The notes under the pieces were generated by a model. It did no database searches, was not told the DNA's origin, and was given only the letters and a program-made list of their open reading frames with translations. Both the position numbers and the translations under genes were made by a program. From positions 266,724,001 through 266,788,000 of the forward strand of contig OZ024742.1 in the NCBI GenBank assembly GCA_964016885.1: 64,000 bases of DNA, in the 5' to 3' direction. This DNA is from Eledone cirrhosa (lineage: Eukaryota). Positions 45,924 to 59,800 of the stretch are shown piece after piece (positions within the stretch are counted from its first letter, which is position 1; the number at the start of each line of letters is the position of its first letter).

Positions 45924-46710
45924 AAAGAGTCAGGACCCCGATGGCTGAGCTCCGGGCGTTGCGACAGTTATATATATATATATTGGAAAATGTGTGAAAT
46001 CCTCGGTACAGTTAGGTGTATTTAAAAAAGGAAAAGAATGACTTCACTTGTAGTTCAAAGCAATTCAATTTAACTTTATAATATTATAATTTTACAATTT
46101 GGCTTGTTTGTCGGTCCCGGTTCCACGTGCGTTGTACACCCTTTTGGATTAACTCCCTTTCCCTTCTCCTCCCCCTCTCTCTCTATCCCTCTTACTCACC
46201 TCTCTGCATTCTATCCCCTCTCACTTCCGGTTCCTCTGTCTGTCTCTCTCTCTGCACTTAACTTCACTGAGAATAGACGTGGATTAACCTAACTCCTCTG
46301 TTATTATGGCCCCCGGGCTTAAACGCAACGGCTTTTTTAAAACTTGATCTATTTCTCTTCGGTTACTCACTTACATGTGCCATTGTCCTGTGTTCCCCCT
46401 TCTATCGGTATGCTTACTTTTTTCCTATTTTTCTTCTTTGATTTCTTCTCTCTTTTTTACTACTTTCTTTCTCTTTGCTATCGCTTCTTTCCCTCATAGC
46501 TTTTTGATAGAAAAAAGGCTATCGGCACGCAACGGATAGATGTTCTGTTTATAATGCGCCGAAACATCTGTGATCGTCTGTGTTGTCTTACCTTCTAACA
46601 GTCGTTATCAGTAACCATACAGCCTCGCCTTCCTCAATCCATATTTATATATATCTATATCTAGCTGTCGACACGGCCGGAGCTCAGCCGTCGGGGTCCT
46701 GACTCTTTTC
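45921..46710. mobile_element. Possible TIR-bounded element (~50-bp inverted ends within TA repeats)
   Basis: G(T/G)AAAAGAGTCAGGACCCCGA(T/C)GGCTGAGCTCCGG..GACAG at 45921-45968 and inverted at ~46663-46710. Confidence 0.5.
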
Positions 46711-46711
46711 C

Positions 46712-46796
<85 letters not shown>

Positions 46797-47581
46797 GCTT
46801 ATGTATATGTGTATATATATATATGTGTGTGCATGAGTGTGTATGTGTGTATATGTGCATGTTTATATATGAATGTGTGTATAAGTGCACGTTTGTGTGC
46901 GTGCGTCCATGTATATGTCCATATAGATATATCTCTATATGCGTTTCTATATGTGTGTGTGAACGAATATAAATATCTGTCTTTATGGGTTAAGTACGCT
47001 TACATGCTTGGTTATACTCATCAAGGTGTCGGATTGTATGGATAAATACACTAGGAAATATGAATCGATAAAATGTTATATTCAGACGGCTAGGTGTATG
47101 TAGGATTGTTTATACATTCCCGTGAACATTTTTGTCTGTAGATTTGTGTGGTTATATTGTTGTTTGTGTGCGTGTGAGCTATTTTTATACATGCGTGAAA
47201 TTATCGTCAAGTGCGTATCTAAGAGAAATAGTATATATCTTGTTTTGGGGAAAGTATACTACCTGCTCTAACTCTAAAACATAAATGCTGATAAAGGTCA
47301 GTTGAGGAATTTCGATAAAAGAAATCTTAATTATCTCCACGAAGCCCCCTCCTCTCCAAACCCAATGCATTCGTCTATCCAACTACTTACTTATACCAGT
47401 AAATTCTGAACACACTGAGTAACTATCTTATTTATCACCCTATGAATAGGACCTTCGCATACGGCCACAATGGGCCAACTGATGCCTACACATAATTCCA
47501 TCAACGATTTTCATAACTCTTAAAGGGAACTCATTATCTACTACGGTTAATATGTCTATATGCTATCATTTTATTATTATT

Positions 47582-50440
47582 GTTTCTGCGCTCAGCTTCT
47601 AACACTGGAGATGTATTACAGTGTTAGCTGTTCATTACTAGTGAACTGAGGTAACACCCCTTATTTTTCCAGTATCGTACTGAGTATTCAGGTTGTTCAA
47701 AGCAATGCTGTTTTTCCATCCGTGTTCTATCCGTATTGTAATCCCTATTTGTTTAATATACTTCCCAATATCTTTATTCACTGTTCCTAAAACTCCAACT
47801 ACTATTAGTATTACCACCATCTCTTTCAGTGACCACAACTGCTTAACCTCCCAAGCTAACCTGTCATATATATTAATTATTTTCCTTCTTTATCTCATGC
47901 CTTGTTATCAGCTGGATAGGCTATATCTATGTTCCAACGCTGCTTGCTTTCTTTCACAATTAATAAATATCTGGTCTCCTATGGTCAATCTCATAATCAC
48001 ACTGTATCACAAAGTCCCATAAGATCTTTGCATTATCATTCTCGATAAGGCCCTCAGGGTTATGTTCGTACCACTTTTCTTCTCTGTCAAGTGCATATTT
48101 GCCACAAAGTAAGTGCCTAATGCAATGTTGTCATGGCGTCTCTTATATTCTTTCTGAGGTAATGGTGTGCATTGGCTGGTAATATGCCATACAATTTCTC
48201 CACTCATGCCACACATTCTGCACTTATCACTTTCTTCTGTGTGGTCTACTCTATGCTTGATGTAGTTAGTTCTTAGTACTTGTTATTGAGCACCACAGGT
48301 TACGACTTCTGCTACCGGTTTTAGATCACTTTTAGCAATCCATAACCACCTTTCTTCTCTGTCTGTCCTATCTTCAACATCTCGATGTAATTGTCCATAC
48401 ATATTTTTTCTGTCCATCTACTTTTCATCCATCTTGAAATGCTTGTACTGTGTTTTTCTTTACAATCTTCTATTTTTCACATCCTTGACCTTCTTACTTC
48501 CAGCAACAGTAATTCTGCGGAATATTCTATGTACCACGCCATATTATTTTCTTCTCTTCTAATGCTGTCTTCGCACCCCATCAGTTCTCTTCCCCCACTT
48601 CTTCTTGGTACATATAATCTGTCTGTGTCTCTCTTTGGGTGAAATACCCCATATCTTGTCAAGATCTTTCTTGTCTTTCGGTCTAAACTGTTTAGCTCTT
48701 CCACTGTCCACGCAATTACCCCCACCCCGTATCCAAGGAGTGATACCGCCCATTTATTGATAGCTTCCGTCTTATTCTGTCCATTTAGTTTCGACTTGAT
48801 AATAAGTCTCAGTCTCTACATGTATTCCACATAAAATCTTCTTTCATTTCCTCCTCTTATCAGCTTACAATATCCCTAAGTACTTGTAACCTTCTTTTAT
48901 TTGCTTCATAACCTTTCCTGATAGGAGAACCAACCTCTCAATGCTTTTAATTTTGACTTCGTTCAAGATTAACACACCTCTATGTTTTAATCCGAACTCC
49001 TTTCTAATGTGAACAATAAATTTATATACCGTATCAACGAGGGAACTAAGTGGGGTTTAGTTCAAACCATAAAGATTGAGGTCGTCCATGAATAATAAGT
49101 TGACGTTTTGCTGACGATCTTTGAATTCATACCCATCGTTAGCTTATCTCAAGATCATTGCCAGTGGAATCATGCACAGTACAAACATCAGTGGTGACAG
49201 GCTGTCACCTTAGAATATTCCTCTTTAGATTTCTATTGTTCCTAAATCTCTTCCAAATTCTGTCACTTCAGTCTTCCACTCTTTCATAATTTTCCTTAAG
49301 AATCGTTCAACATTTGGTGCAATACCATATAAGTTAATGCAATACTTAATCCAAAAGGGCAGAATCATATCATAGACTTTGTGGAAATCGATCCACGGCA
49401 TGGTCAAGTTGGTTTTCCTCTTCTTGCTATTCTTAAGTATTATTTTATCTATTAAAAAACCGGTCCTTTGTAATTTTGCACTTAAGTTTGCACCACTTCT
49501 GCTGCTCATCTGGTAGAACTCCATTTTCATCAACATGCCCGTACATTGTTTCTGTGATTATTCCAGTCAATAATTTCCACATAAGTAGTAGGCGTGTTAT
49601 CAGGCTGTAGTTGTCTACCACATTCCCTTTAGTGATATCTTTTAAGCACAAAACTGTCCTTCTCTTTGTCAGCCACTCCTGCATCATTTGATCAGCATTT
49701 AGCAATGTGTTAAATTGTTCTGTTTTTCATTCATGGCATTGACTAAATCATTTAATCCAGTAGCCTTGAATTCCATCTAGTCCTGGAGAATTCCAATTGC
49801 TCAACCTTTTGCTGGCCTTCCTCCTTCATGTCTCTAGCTGAAATGACTAGTTTTGCTTGTTGTGGGCAAACTGTTGTTTGTTTAAGTTCTAACTATTCAA
49901 CGTCCTTCTTGTGCTCCCCCTCTTTACTCCAAATGTCGCCCAAAAACTTTGACTTTCAATGCTATCCGGTATAATCACTTCCTCTGTACACTCTCCATTT
50001 ATTTCTCCGTAAAATATCCTTTGGTCTACTCTATTTTGCTGATATTGCTTTATTCTTTGTTCGTATCTATCTACCATTGCTTATTTTGCTATGAGACGTT
50101 GCTTGAGTTCCTCCTTTAGGCCATACTTTCTTTCCAGTGTCTATATATTTTTTCCTTTCTAAGCTCTCCCCTCTATTTTCGAGGTAAGGCAGAAATGTCC
50201 TTCAAAAAGGTATCTATACTGGCCTGTATTCTTCTTTTCCACCATGGTTTTTTCCTTGTCTCTCTTATTGTTTTTGTTTGCCTTGAAATCTACACCCATA
50301 TTTTCTCCTACAACAATGCTTGCTGACTTTATCAGGTGATTTGTGTCTGTGATGTTATTTGTTTTGATGTGTTTCAGAAATTTCTTCACACTTGTGGCAC
50401 AACTACCAGCGTTTTTTTTATCGGAACTCCATCACTATAG
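47582..50440 (-). mobile_element. Old Dong/R4 LINE (third family), heavily decayed
   Basis: RYEQRIKQYQQNR, EWLT..TVL..KD..KGN..NY..IT.L..MWKLLT, WIDFHK.YD, FMDDL, HPK.D.DRLY.PR..GGR.L, CG..E..H..C..RRHD. Confidence 0.9.
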
Positions 50441-50454
50441 TTATTATTATAAAT

Positions 50455-50803
50455 GATGAAAGGCAAAGCTAACCTCGGCAGGATTTGAACACATAATGTA
50501 AAGGGCCGTAACTCTCTGCTACAAAGCATAATGTCCCATGCCCTACCGATACTGCTAATCCACCGCCCGAACAATAATAATAATAGTAATGGTGATAATG
50601 AGTTCGATAATAATTGTTTTTACTTTTGGCACAAGGCCAGAAATTATCCCAGCTGTATTACTGGTACTTTATTTTATCGACCCCATAAGGATGAAAGGCA
50701 AAGTTAACCTCGGCGGGATTTGAGCTCAGATCATAAAGAGCCGTAACTCTATGCTGCAAAGCATGGCATCCGACCACCTACCGATACTGCCAATCCATCG
50801 CCC
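50455..50803 (-). mobile_element. Two SINEs (50455-50568 5' part; 50608-50803 full length) with (TAA)n linker
   Basis: Same SINE family. Confidence 0.88.
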
Positions 50804-51784
50804 TAACATAAACTAATAATAGGCAGAACGCAGCATGATTGATTAGATTTAAGTCCCTACCAATTTTAAAATGAAACAGCTTCTTTTTTATCGCATCTTG
50901 TATACTCTATAGTCTCTATTCTAGGAATGTGCAGTGTAGCAATCGCTTATATATAAAAAGAAAATAAATTCATTCGCAACGTAAGAACGTTAAGAACTTA
51001 GAACGACATATTTGATTTTGGTATTAATTTACTTTAATACGTAATCGCAATACTTATGTTAGTTGGCGTCAGGAAGCCACGTGGCCACACAAAGAAAAAT
51101 TCACATTTACTATTATAGATATTGACATAAAAAAACAATAGATTAGGATTCAATACATTACTTGACATCTGCATGGAAATGATTCTCTTAAATTTACTTT
51201 TCTGGCTTTCCATTAGATTAGAAAGCTGTCTAGTCAAGTGATATATGTATATATCTCAGTAGTTCACAGTAAATCTCACCAAAAGCAATGTTACCTTTAT
51301 CAGTTTTATAGTATTTATTTAATCCTGACTTCATTTTTATAAAATGTAAACATTCAAGATACAATTGAATTGTGCGCATATACATACATACTTACATGCA
51401 CACACACATATCTATATAGTTTTGTTAATAGGACCATTAAACATTCACTGAATGAAGGACATAGATATTGTGTATTGTGTCAAAATAATATTTGTTATCT
51501 ATAGTGACTGATATTAACAGTCTGCTGCAGCAAGAAAATATTGGTCAAAACTACACAAATTAATGAAAGGAATTTGAATAAAAAAATATACAATTATATA
51601 GATGGAGGGGAAAGGTAAGGGCTCTATGGTCGATAGTGTAAATATAGACACACATGTACACCAGGTCCGAACACAGAGGAGCCGAACTCCCATTGTCATC
51701 GCCTCTGTCTCTCTCGTCCTTCCCAGCTCTCACTATTATGAGCACATGGGGTCTCACGCATTGGCTGCCCTACGGCCCCGGCAG

Positions 51785-51975
51785 ACAGAATAAATAAGGC
51801 GTTTCCTCGGAGGATGGTGAGCGAGATGCGCTGGAAGAGCCATTCCAACTCGCGAGGCTCACACTTGCGGCTAGCCAACTCAGCGACTATGGTGGTGAGT
51901 AGGGAGGTGGCCCTAGGGCCAAGGACACCAGAAACTTCACTGCTAGGGACTCGACTGCAACCCCATTGGAGAGCA
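51785..51975 (-). mobile_element. CRE-like RLE retrotransposon C-terminal fragment
   Basis: LAV.EVSGVLGP...L...RELEWLFQRISLTILRGNA..IL. Confidence 0.7.
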
Positions 51976-52411
51976 ACCGCTATTTGGAGAGTTTACCCTC
52001 CTGAAGTTTCGCCTAAACTTCTACTTTTTCACTAGAGTGCTAGCAAAATGAAACTCTCGCTATATATATATCGTTTACATAAGGAATATTGTCCAGTTCT
52101 AGTAAACACAATTAGAAAGAGCTTAGAGAGGTCAATTAAACAAAAGAGAAAAAAAATAGGAAATAGGGAGAGGACGTATTTACAACATGTAATTTAGTCA
52201 CGTTGTAAATGCATTTCCCATCAGTATTAGCTGTTGAGTGTGAAGGCCACTGGTGAAAATGTTTCTTTTGAGAATGTTGTTGCTTTAAATAAAGTTATTG
52301 ACTGTTAAATTGATTGTGCATTTTCTAATTATACGTAGACTATATTATAATTACTAACATATAAGTTTATACATGCATATATATATATTATTTATATACA
52401 CAAAGATAAAT

Positions 52412-52485
<74 letters not shown>

Positions 52486-52616
52486 GTATGTATATATATA
52501 GTAATAATAATAAATGTGAAGACTAAAATCCGAAGAGGGTTCGATAAGGATGATATATACATAAAAAATATATAAAACCACAGAGCAAATATTTATTAAA
52601 ACTTTAATCTGTTATT

Positions 52617-52690
<74 letters not shown>
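52412..52690. repeat. (AC)n and (AT)n microsatellites
   Basis: Direct reading. Confidence 0.9.
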
Positions 52691-53531
52691 GAATGTATAT
52701 ATATTTATTCATACATAAATACGTAGATACATACATAAAAACGTATATAAATATGTATGAATATGAGTATATAAATATAAATAAAGTTATATCTATATAT
52801 ATATACAGTGTGTGTAACTGAAACTGCACGACAGTGTATAAATATATACACATATCTAATATTTAATCATGTAAAAGTGCCAGAATATACGAATTTCCCC
52901 CGTAAATTGAAAGAATGTAAACATCTTTAATCTAACTGAACCCTCATCAGAATGCGTGTATATCATCTAATCAATCACAAGAAAACATGTATTTGATGGG
53001 TATCCATTCAGAAACGGACTTACTGATTACTGCATGTGTTATACATACATACACACATGATGGCTGTAACTGGATTTCGAGTAATGCCGTCGCTTGATAC
53101 TTAAGCACAAGCATCACAGACGTGGCTTTTTAGTACTGCAAGGAACCTGCCTATGGCCATCAATGCGATGCATCGCCAAATGTGTCCCATATCAAGCGTT
53201 GCCTGTGCTTGAAGATTTTTTAAGTGAGGAAAGGCTTTGTATGGAGCCAACTCCACTCTCTGAACATTGAATGTATTTACGCAAAAAGTAGAACTGGTCT
53301 ACATGGTTGGATGCAAACGAAGACGCAGGTTTTATATCATAGTGACCTTCTCCTAGAATCTAGGACTAGATGAGATGTCTTGATGAAAACTAGGAGTCTC
53401 TTGCTCCACAAAAACACATTATTGGATGTCCGTTGATCGACGACCCAATCATGCGCAGGTTGTACTGGGTTAAATGTTATCAGTAGCGCTGAAGAGCGAC
53501 CTGGCATACATATACACATACATACATATAT

Positions 53532-53795
53532 TAAAGATTAGTGAAAAGGAAAATATGTAAGCAGAACTAATGAGGAAGATGCAGATACTCCACCCTGACT
53601 ATACCTTCAGATTTATACCTGTGATTATTGGGGCACTGGGATATGTTAGTAACTGCCTCAGTATAAATCTTGAGAAGCTAGGCTTCACAGAAATAGAAAG
53701 AACACAACTAGGTAGGAAATTACAAGTACAATCCACAGTAAAAATGGAACAGTAAAATTATGTAAAACATTCCAAACATTCTGCATGAAATAACT
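53532..53795 (+). mobile_element. RLE LINE (R4-like) 3' fragment
   Basis: ELMRKMQILHPDYTFRFIPVIIGALG...KLQ...VKLCKTF. Confidence 0.7.
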
Positions 53796-54434
53796 GCATG
53801 TACACGTGTACAGATACAAAGCATATGCGCATGCAAACATATCACTTAAACATACACATCGACACATACAATAACATCCATAACTGCACACATATACAGA
53901 TATGCAGACATACATACATAAAACCTATTTGATGTTGTTTAAATTCCAGTGTGAGAGTCTTGTATCTATGTTAGAAACTGTCTTTCATATATACATCCAT
54001 ACATGACCAAAGTATGTTTGACCAAACTTTAAACATAACTTTCGAAGCTTTCGTCTTACAAGACAATATCACATAATATAGTTTCATTAGTAGCACTTCT
54101 AGCAGTACCTAGAATATTTGATAACTTTATGGGATAAAACCAATCCCCACTAAAATCTATACAATTATGACACCAGCTGAAAATTTCCACAGAAACTGCG
54201 GTATCGAACGTCTCTATTCCAGAAGAAAAGAAGTCAAAAGGAGGTTATGAGTCCCAGTAAATTTAGCATCACTTAATTAATCTATTCTAAACAACAACAG
54301 CAAAAATAAATGCGAAGTATTGTTAGTGAACATCTAAAATAATTCTCACTTCAGGATAACTTCCACAACGCGACCACAGAATTGGTAGACTAGCATAACT
54401 CCATATCGTCATAGAAGAGAAAAACCTTGCATAC

Positions 54435-54520
54435 AAAAACAAAACAAAACAAAAAACAAAACAAAACAAAACAGAAAACAAAACAAAACAAAAAACAAAA
54501 CAAAACAAAACAAAAAAACA
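54435..54520. repeat. (CAAAA)n repeat
   Basis: Direct reading. Confidence 0.9.
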
Positions 54521-55039
54521 GCAACAATAAAACGGGATATGCATGGCTATGCTTCCTGTATATCTAAGGATAAATGTAACACTAACAGTTACATCATGTC
54601 ACAATTTGAAGGCTAAGTTGTTTGCTGGAAATACTCGTTCAAAAAAAGTGACATGAAAGTCCTAAAACTTTTCAACATGCTACATAAAATATCCATTATG
54701 TTACATCTCTGAAGATGATATTATACGTGCGATCGGCAACTTCCCAAATATGTCATCATTGCGGTATGAATAATTTATATGCAGCTACAAGCAATATGTA
54801 ACGTACACCGTATGGAATACTTCCTTGGGATAAATATATAAATTATTTTCGTTGTAAACATACAGGCTTAAAGAATATTGTTGGAGCACGCCCACCAAAA
54901 CTTCTGCCTAGAGCAAATATAGCAGACCTGTTTCAAACAGAAATAAAGAGTTCATACATATTTACAAAAGCTGCCGCACTATAAATGCAACAATTTCTTT
55001 CAGAATTAATGAGAAAGAGAATATTTACGAGCAACTACA

Positions 55040-55081
<42 letters not shown>

Positions 55082-55092
55082 TTTTTTTTTTT

Positions 55093-58000
55093 GAGTCTCA
55101 GTCATTGATGTTAGTTAACTGGAAAGTTTGTTGAAATGAATATCAAGCCACTACCTGCAGCCTCAGATATTCAGGACGTATCGGAGGGTTCTTGCTGTTC
55201 CCAGCAAGCATGCCTTTTGGAGCGTTCCAAAAAGCGTGAAGGGGCCAATTTTCTTTAACCATCCCTGGAAACCTTTTGAGATAGTCTCTAGTGCGCCTAT
55301 GACAATCGGGATCACTTTGACTTCATGGCAGTTCCAAATCCTTTTTACCTCCCACTTTAAGTCCTGGTATCGGTTAATGTTCTCCCTCTCCTTCTCTTGC
55401 ACTCTCGTGTCGAATGGGCAGGCCACATCCACAATCAGGCACGATCTTTTTTCTTTGTCCAAAACCACCAGGTCAGGTCTATTGTGTTCCAGTTTCTTGT
55501 CCGTCTGTATCCTAAAATCCCACAGCACCTTCACCTGATCGTTTTCTATCACCACCTCTGGCTTATGCTCATACCACTTCTCAGAATGTGGTAAATTGTT
55601 TACTTTGCATAGGTGCCAGTGGATCACCCTGCCCATCACATCATGTCTCCAGCCCTTATAGTGAGTCTGGGCTAGGTGTTTACACTCGGATACAATGTAA
55701 GCCACAGTCTCCTCTCTCTCTCCACAGATCCTGCACAGTGGGCTAGCCTCCTCCTTGTAAATGTGGTGTTTCAACCACTTCGTTTTGAGGGCCTGCTCCT
55801 GCGCAGCCATTAACATTCCTTCTGTAGCCTTTTTAAGGTGTCCTCTTTTCAACCAGTTCCATGTCTGTGGATCTCTAAATTCAGTTTTCTCAAAGAAGGT
55901 ACTATGAAGGGATTTTTCCTGAAGGCTGCTCTTTCTCCTTGATGTTATTTCCTCCTTGGACATCCCCTGGCCTATTGTCCCCTCCTTCAGTACAGTTCTG
56001 AGCATTGGCTCATTACTATCAGTCACGTATTTGTGTAGGTTGTTTTTCTCCATCTGAACGCAGTCCTATATGCTGATAAGACCTCTTCCACCTTCAGATC
56101 TCCTTAAGTAGAGTCTATCGACATCACTCCTCTTGTGGAACATATTGTAGATAGTCAATAGCTTCCTAGTCTTCCTATCCATTTCTTTTTGTTCAGCAAC
56201 ATTCCATCTCAGAATTCCCGCACTGTACCTAATAATAGACACAGCTCGGGAATTTACTGCACTTATGGCATTCCTACTGTTCAGATGTGACTTTAACACG
56301 CTCCTTACTCTCCGAAAGTATTCAGTTCTTATCAATTCCTTCATTTTTTTGTTCTTGGTGTCGTCAGCCTCCAGAACGCCCAAATACTTGTATCCTTCCT
56401 CAGAGTCAATTTCCTTTATCATCTCACCTGTTGGTATCTGGATTCCGCTACTTCTGCTCAACCTACCCCTCCTCATCACAATGACTCCACACTTACTAAT
56501 ACCAAACTGCATACATATATCATTGCTGAAAATACGGACAGTGTCAACAAGCACATCCAACTCCTTCTCACTCTTCCCGAAGGGCTTAAGATCGTCCATG
56601 AAGAGGAGGTGATTGATGGTAAGCCCTCCCTTTCCCAACCTGTATCCTGCTGTCACTTTTCGCAGTACACTGATCAGGGGCATCAGGGCGAGGACAAACA
56701 ACAGAGGGGACAGACTACCTCTCTGGAAGATACCTCTCTTGACCTTCACGCTTCCCAAGGATTCTCCAGTTGATGTTAACTCTGTTTCCCAGGACTTCAT
56801 ACTTTTGCCCAACAACGTCTGATGTTATCTGCCACCTTGAAGATCTCCAGGCTTTTGGTGATCCAAGAATGAGGCACCATGTCAAATGCCTTTTTGTAGT
56901 CTATCCATCCCATGGCAAGACCAGTGTGTCTCCTCTTGCAATTCCTCATTACCATCTTATCAATAAGTAACTTGTCCTTTGTACCACGTGACGTCTTTCG
57001 GCATCCTTTCTGTTCGTCCGGTAACAAGTTGTTTGTGTGGAGGTGATGGTAGATTTCCTCAGACATAATGCTTGTCAACAGTTTCCACATTACGGACAGA
57101 CATGTGATAGGTCTATAGTTGGTAACATCATTACCCTTGATTCGGTCTTTCATTATCAGAACTGTGGTACCCTTTGTCAACCACTCTGGTACCTCACCTG
57201 ACATCAAGCAGTCATTGAAGATGGTTGTCAGTTTCGGGTGGAGGGATGTTATGTTTTTAATCCAATACCCCTGCACACCATCTGGGCCAGGTGATTTCCA
57301 GTTGGTTAGTTTTTTGGCCTGCCCCTTAAGAGTTTCAACTGTGATAGTCAAATCAGTTTGTTGGTGTGCCTGTTCACTGATCTCCTTCTGTACTGTCTCA
57401 ATCCACACTGCCTGGTCATTATGTTTAACATCCTGCTCCCATATTCCTCTCCAGAATGTTTTAGTTTGTTCCGCCTCAGGGATCAAGTCATTGCCTCTTC
57501 CTTTCCCTTCAAGCTGTCCAAGCAGCATCTTCTGGTTGTTGTCGAACATGCGGTTCTGTCTATACTGGCTGACTCTGTTCTCGTATCGCCTGATTTTTGC
57601 ACTCTTTGCTAAAATGCGTTGCTTCAGTTCCTCTATGATAATATTTAGCTTTTTCCTCCTAGTTTTGTACTTTATTTCCAGTCTATTTTTAGTGTCTATG
57701 TTTTTTAGTGTCCCATTCAGTAGGGACTCAAGCTTTCCAATGTCATTTCTCATTTCCCTGATTTGACCACTCAGTCGTTTCTTCCACCAAGGCTCTGCTC
57801 TTTCTTGTCTGTTGTTTCCTCTCACTTTTATACCAAGTAGTTTCCTCACCGTATTTGCTGTTGCTTTGAGGATATTGTTGCACTGGTGAAGGCTCCTCGC
57901 CTCAAGGTATGGGATGACTTTGTTTACCTTAGCTGTTGTTTCTTTTAACTTTTTCCTGTCTACAAATCTTAGGTTCATAGGTCTCCCACTATCATTGTTC

Positions 58001-58870
58001 AATTCATCTACCACTAAGTTTAGGATATCTACCAAATCTTGTCATAGCCCGTCAGCATTCATCTCCTCAGTGGCCGTATCTCTGTTCCAGGTATTATTTA
58101 TCTCAGCATTCAGATCATTGTCTGTTTCGGGTGGTTCCTCCGTTCTCTCGACCTCTTCACCTTCATTTCCCACTGGCTCGTTTGCCTGGTATACTCCACC
58201 CTCCACCTCCAAGCTAATCTCTCTGCTCAGTTCCTCCAGTTCCAGCTCGCTTATCCACCCATTAGTTCTTATTACCCGAGCCTGCCCGGCCAGTTTTTGT
58301 TCATCTAATTTAAATGGACCACTCTCGTTCCAGATGTTATGCATCCTTTTCCTATAGCCTTTCTCCTTGGGGTTACTCTTCAGGTAACATTGCATAACAG
58401 TTCTATTCAATTCTTTCGTCCAGTTGGTTCTGGTCCCTTTCCTTCTTCTTCTTCCTCCGACACCAGCAGTATTTGGTTGACAGCCAGGTCCCTGCTGCTG
58501 AGCCAGGGAGCACCTGTTGGGTGAGAGTCTGTCACATGACATTCTAGTCTCCATTTCACCGTTATTCGAACTGTTTAGGTTCGACATTTAAACACTCTTA
58601 TCGAGGATTGGCGAATGTATGGTTACATAACCACCGGTGAATTACTTGTCTCCGGTGGTTTCGTCACTCCACGTGACTTTTGTGTGGCATTATCACGCTG
58701 TAGACGAACCCAAATAAACAAACAAACAAACAGGCAGAAAAAAACCCAAAAAATGAATAAGCATAAGTTTCATTGTAATGTAGTGTTTGAATGTCTGACT
58801 TAGTTTTTCCCTTCCCTTCTCTGTCCGCCCGTTTGTTTTTCTCTTCATTTTTATTTCCTTTACGTTTTTC
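55093..58870 (-). mobile_element. Dong family C (subfamily 2), full-length coding region with stop and frameshifts
   Basis: ORFs 58042-58587, 56797-58035, 56066-56815 and 55163-56053 are colinear with the 1130-aa protein; (TAA)n tail at 55041-55080. Confidence 0.95.
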
Positions 58871-58910
58871 GTTGTTGCTGTGCTGCTTTGATTTTGATTT
58901 TTTTTTTTTG

Positions 58911-59768
58911 ATTTTGACCGGGTCATCAATTCAGTCTATTTATACATTTTGATGCCTTCCTCTTTTAGTGAGAATTCTACAATGTAGCAGGGGCTAGCGG
59001 GAGAGAATAGCGGCGGTAGTGATAATGAGGCAGCGGCAGCGGCGGCGATGGCAGTGCTGTGCCAGCAGCAACCAGCAGGAGGTAGTGGGAGAGAATAGCG
59101 GCGGTAGCGATAATGAGGCAGCGGCGGTGGCGATGTGGTCGTTTACTGTAGCGGTGGTGTTGAAGATGGAGTAGAAATTTGAGTCGACTTGACCAGAGTT
59201 TTCATCGTGGTGGTGGCACTGGTGGTGAAATTATCTTTAGTGAAATTATCATTAGTCGCGTATATGTGTTGACATATTTTTCTTAATATTGGAGTTAAAC
59301 ATTTTGTTAAAACTAAAACTTGATTTTGATTATTGTTTTTTTTTATTATTTTGACCGGGTCATGAATTCAGTCTATTTATATATTTTGATGTTTTCCTCT
59401 TTTAGTGAGAATTCTACAATGTAGCAGGGGGTAGCGGGAGAGAATAGCGCCGGTAGTGATATTGAGGCAGCGGCGGTGGTGGTGGTGGCGGTGCTGTGCC
59501 AGCAGCAACTAGCAGGAGGTAGTGGGAGAGAGTAGCGGCGGTAGCGATAATGAGGCAGTGGTGGTGGTGATGATGTGGTCGTATTACTGTAGTGATGGTG
59601 TTGAAGTTGGAGTAGAAATTTGAGTCGACTTGATCAGAGTTTTCATCGTGGTAGTGGTGGTGGTATTGGTGGTGAAATTATCTTTAGTGAAATTATCATT
59701 AGTCGCGTATATGTGTTGACATATTTTTCTCAATATTGGAATTAAACATTTTGTTAAAACTAAAACTT
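58911..59768. repeat. Tandem duplication, 2 x ~440 bp, with GC-rich internal subrepeats
   Basis: Units begin ttttgaccgggtcat (58912, ~59349) and end gttaaaactaaaactt; internal repeat gggagagaatagcggcggtag(t/c)gataatgaggcag. Confidence 0.9.
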
Positions 59769-59800
59769 TATTATTATTATTATTATTGTTTTTATTACTC

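Noticed and set aside
58629-58690. Hammerhead in the Dong 5' UTR (stem-GAAA-stem-GUU)
   Set aside because: No CUGANGA box, and GAAA is not conserved in the 16.6-kb copy.
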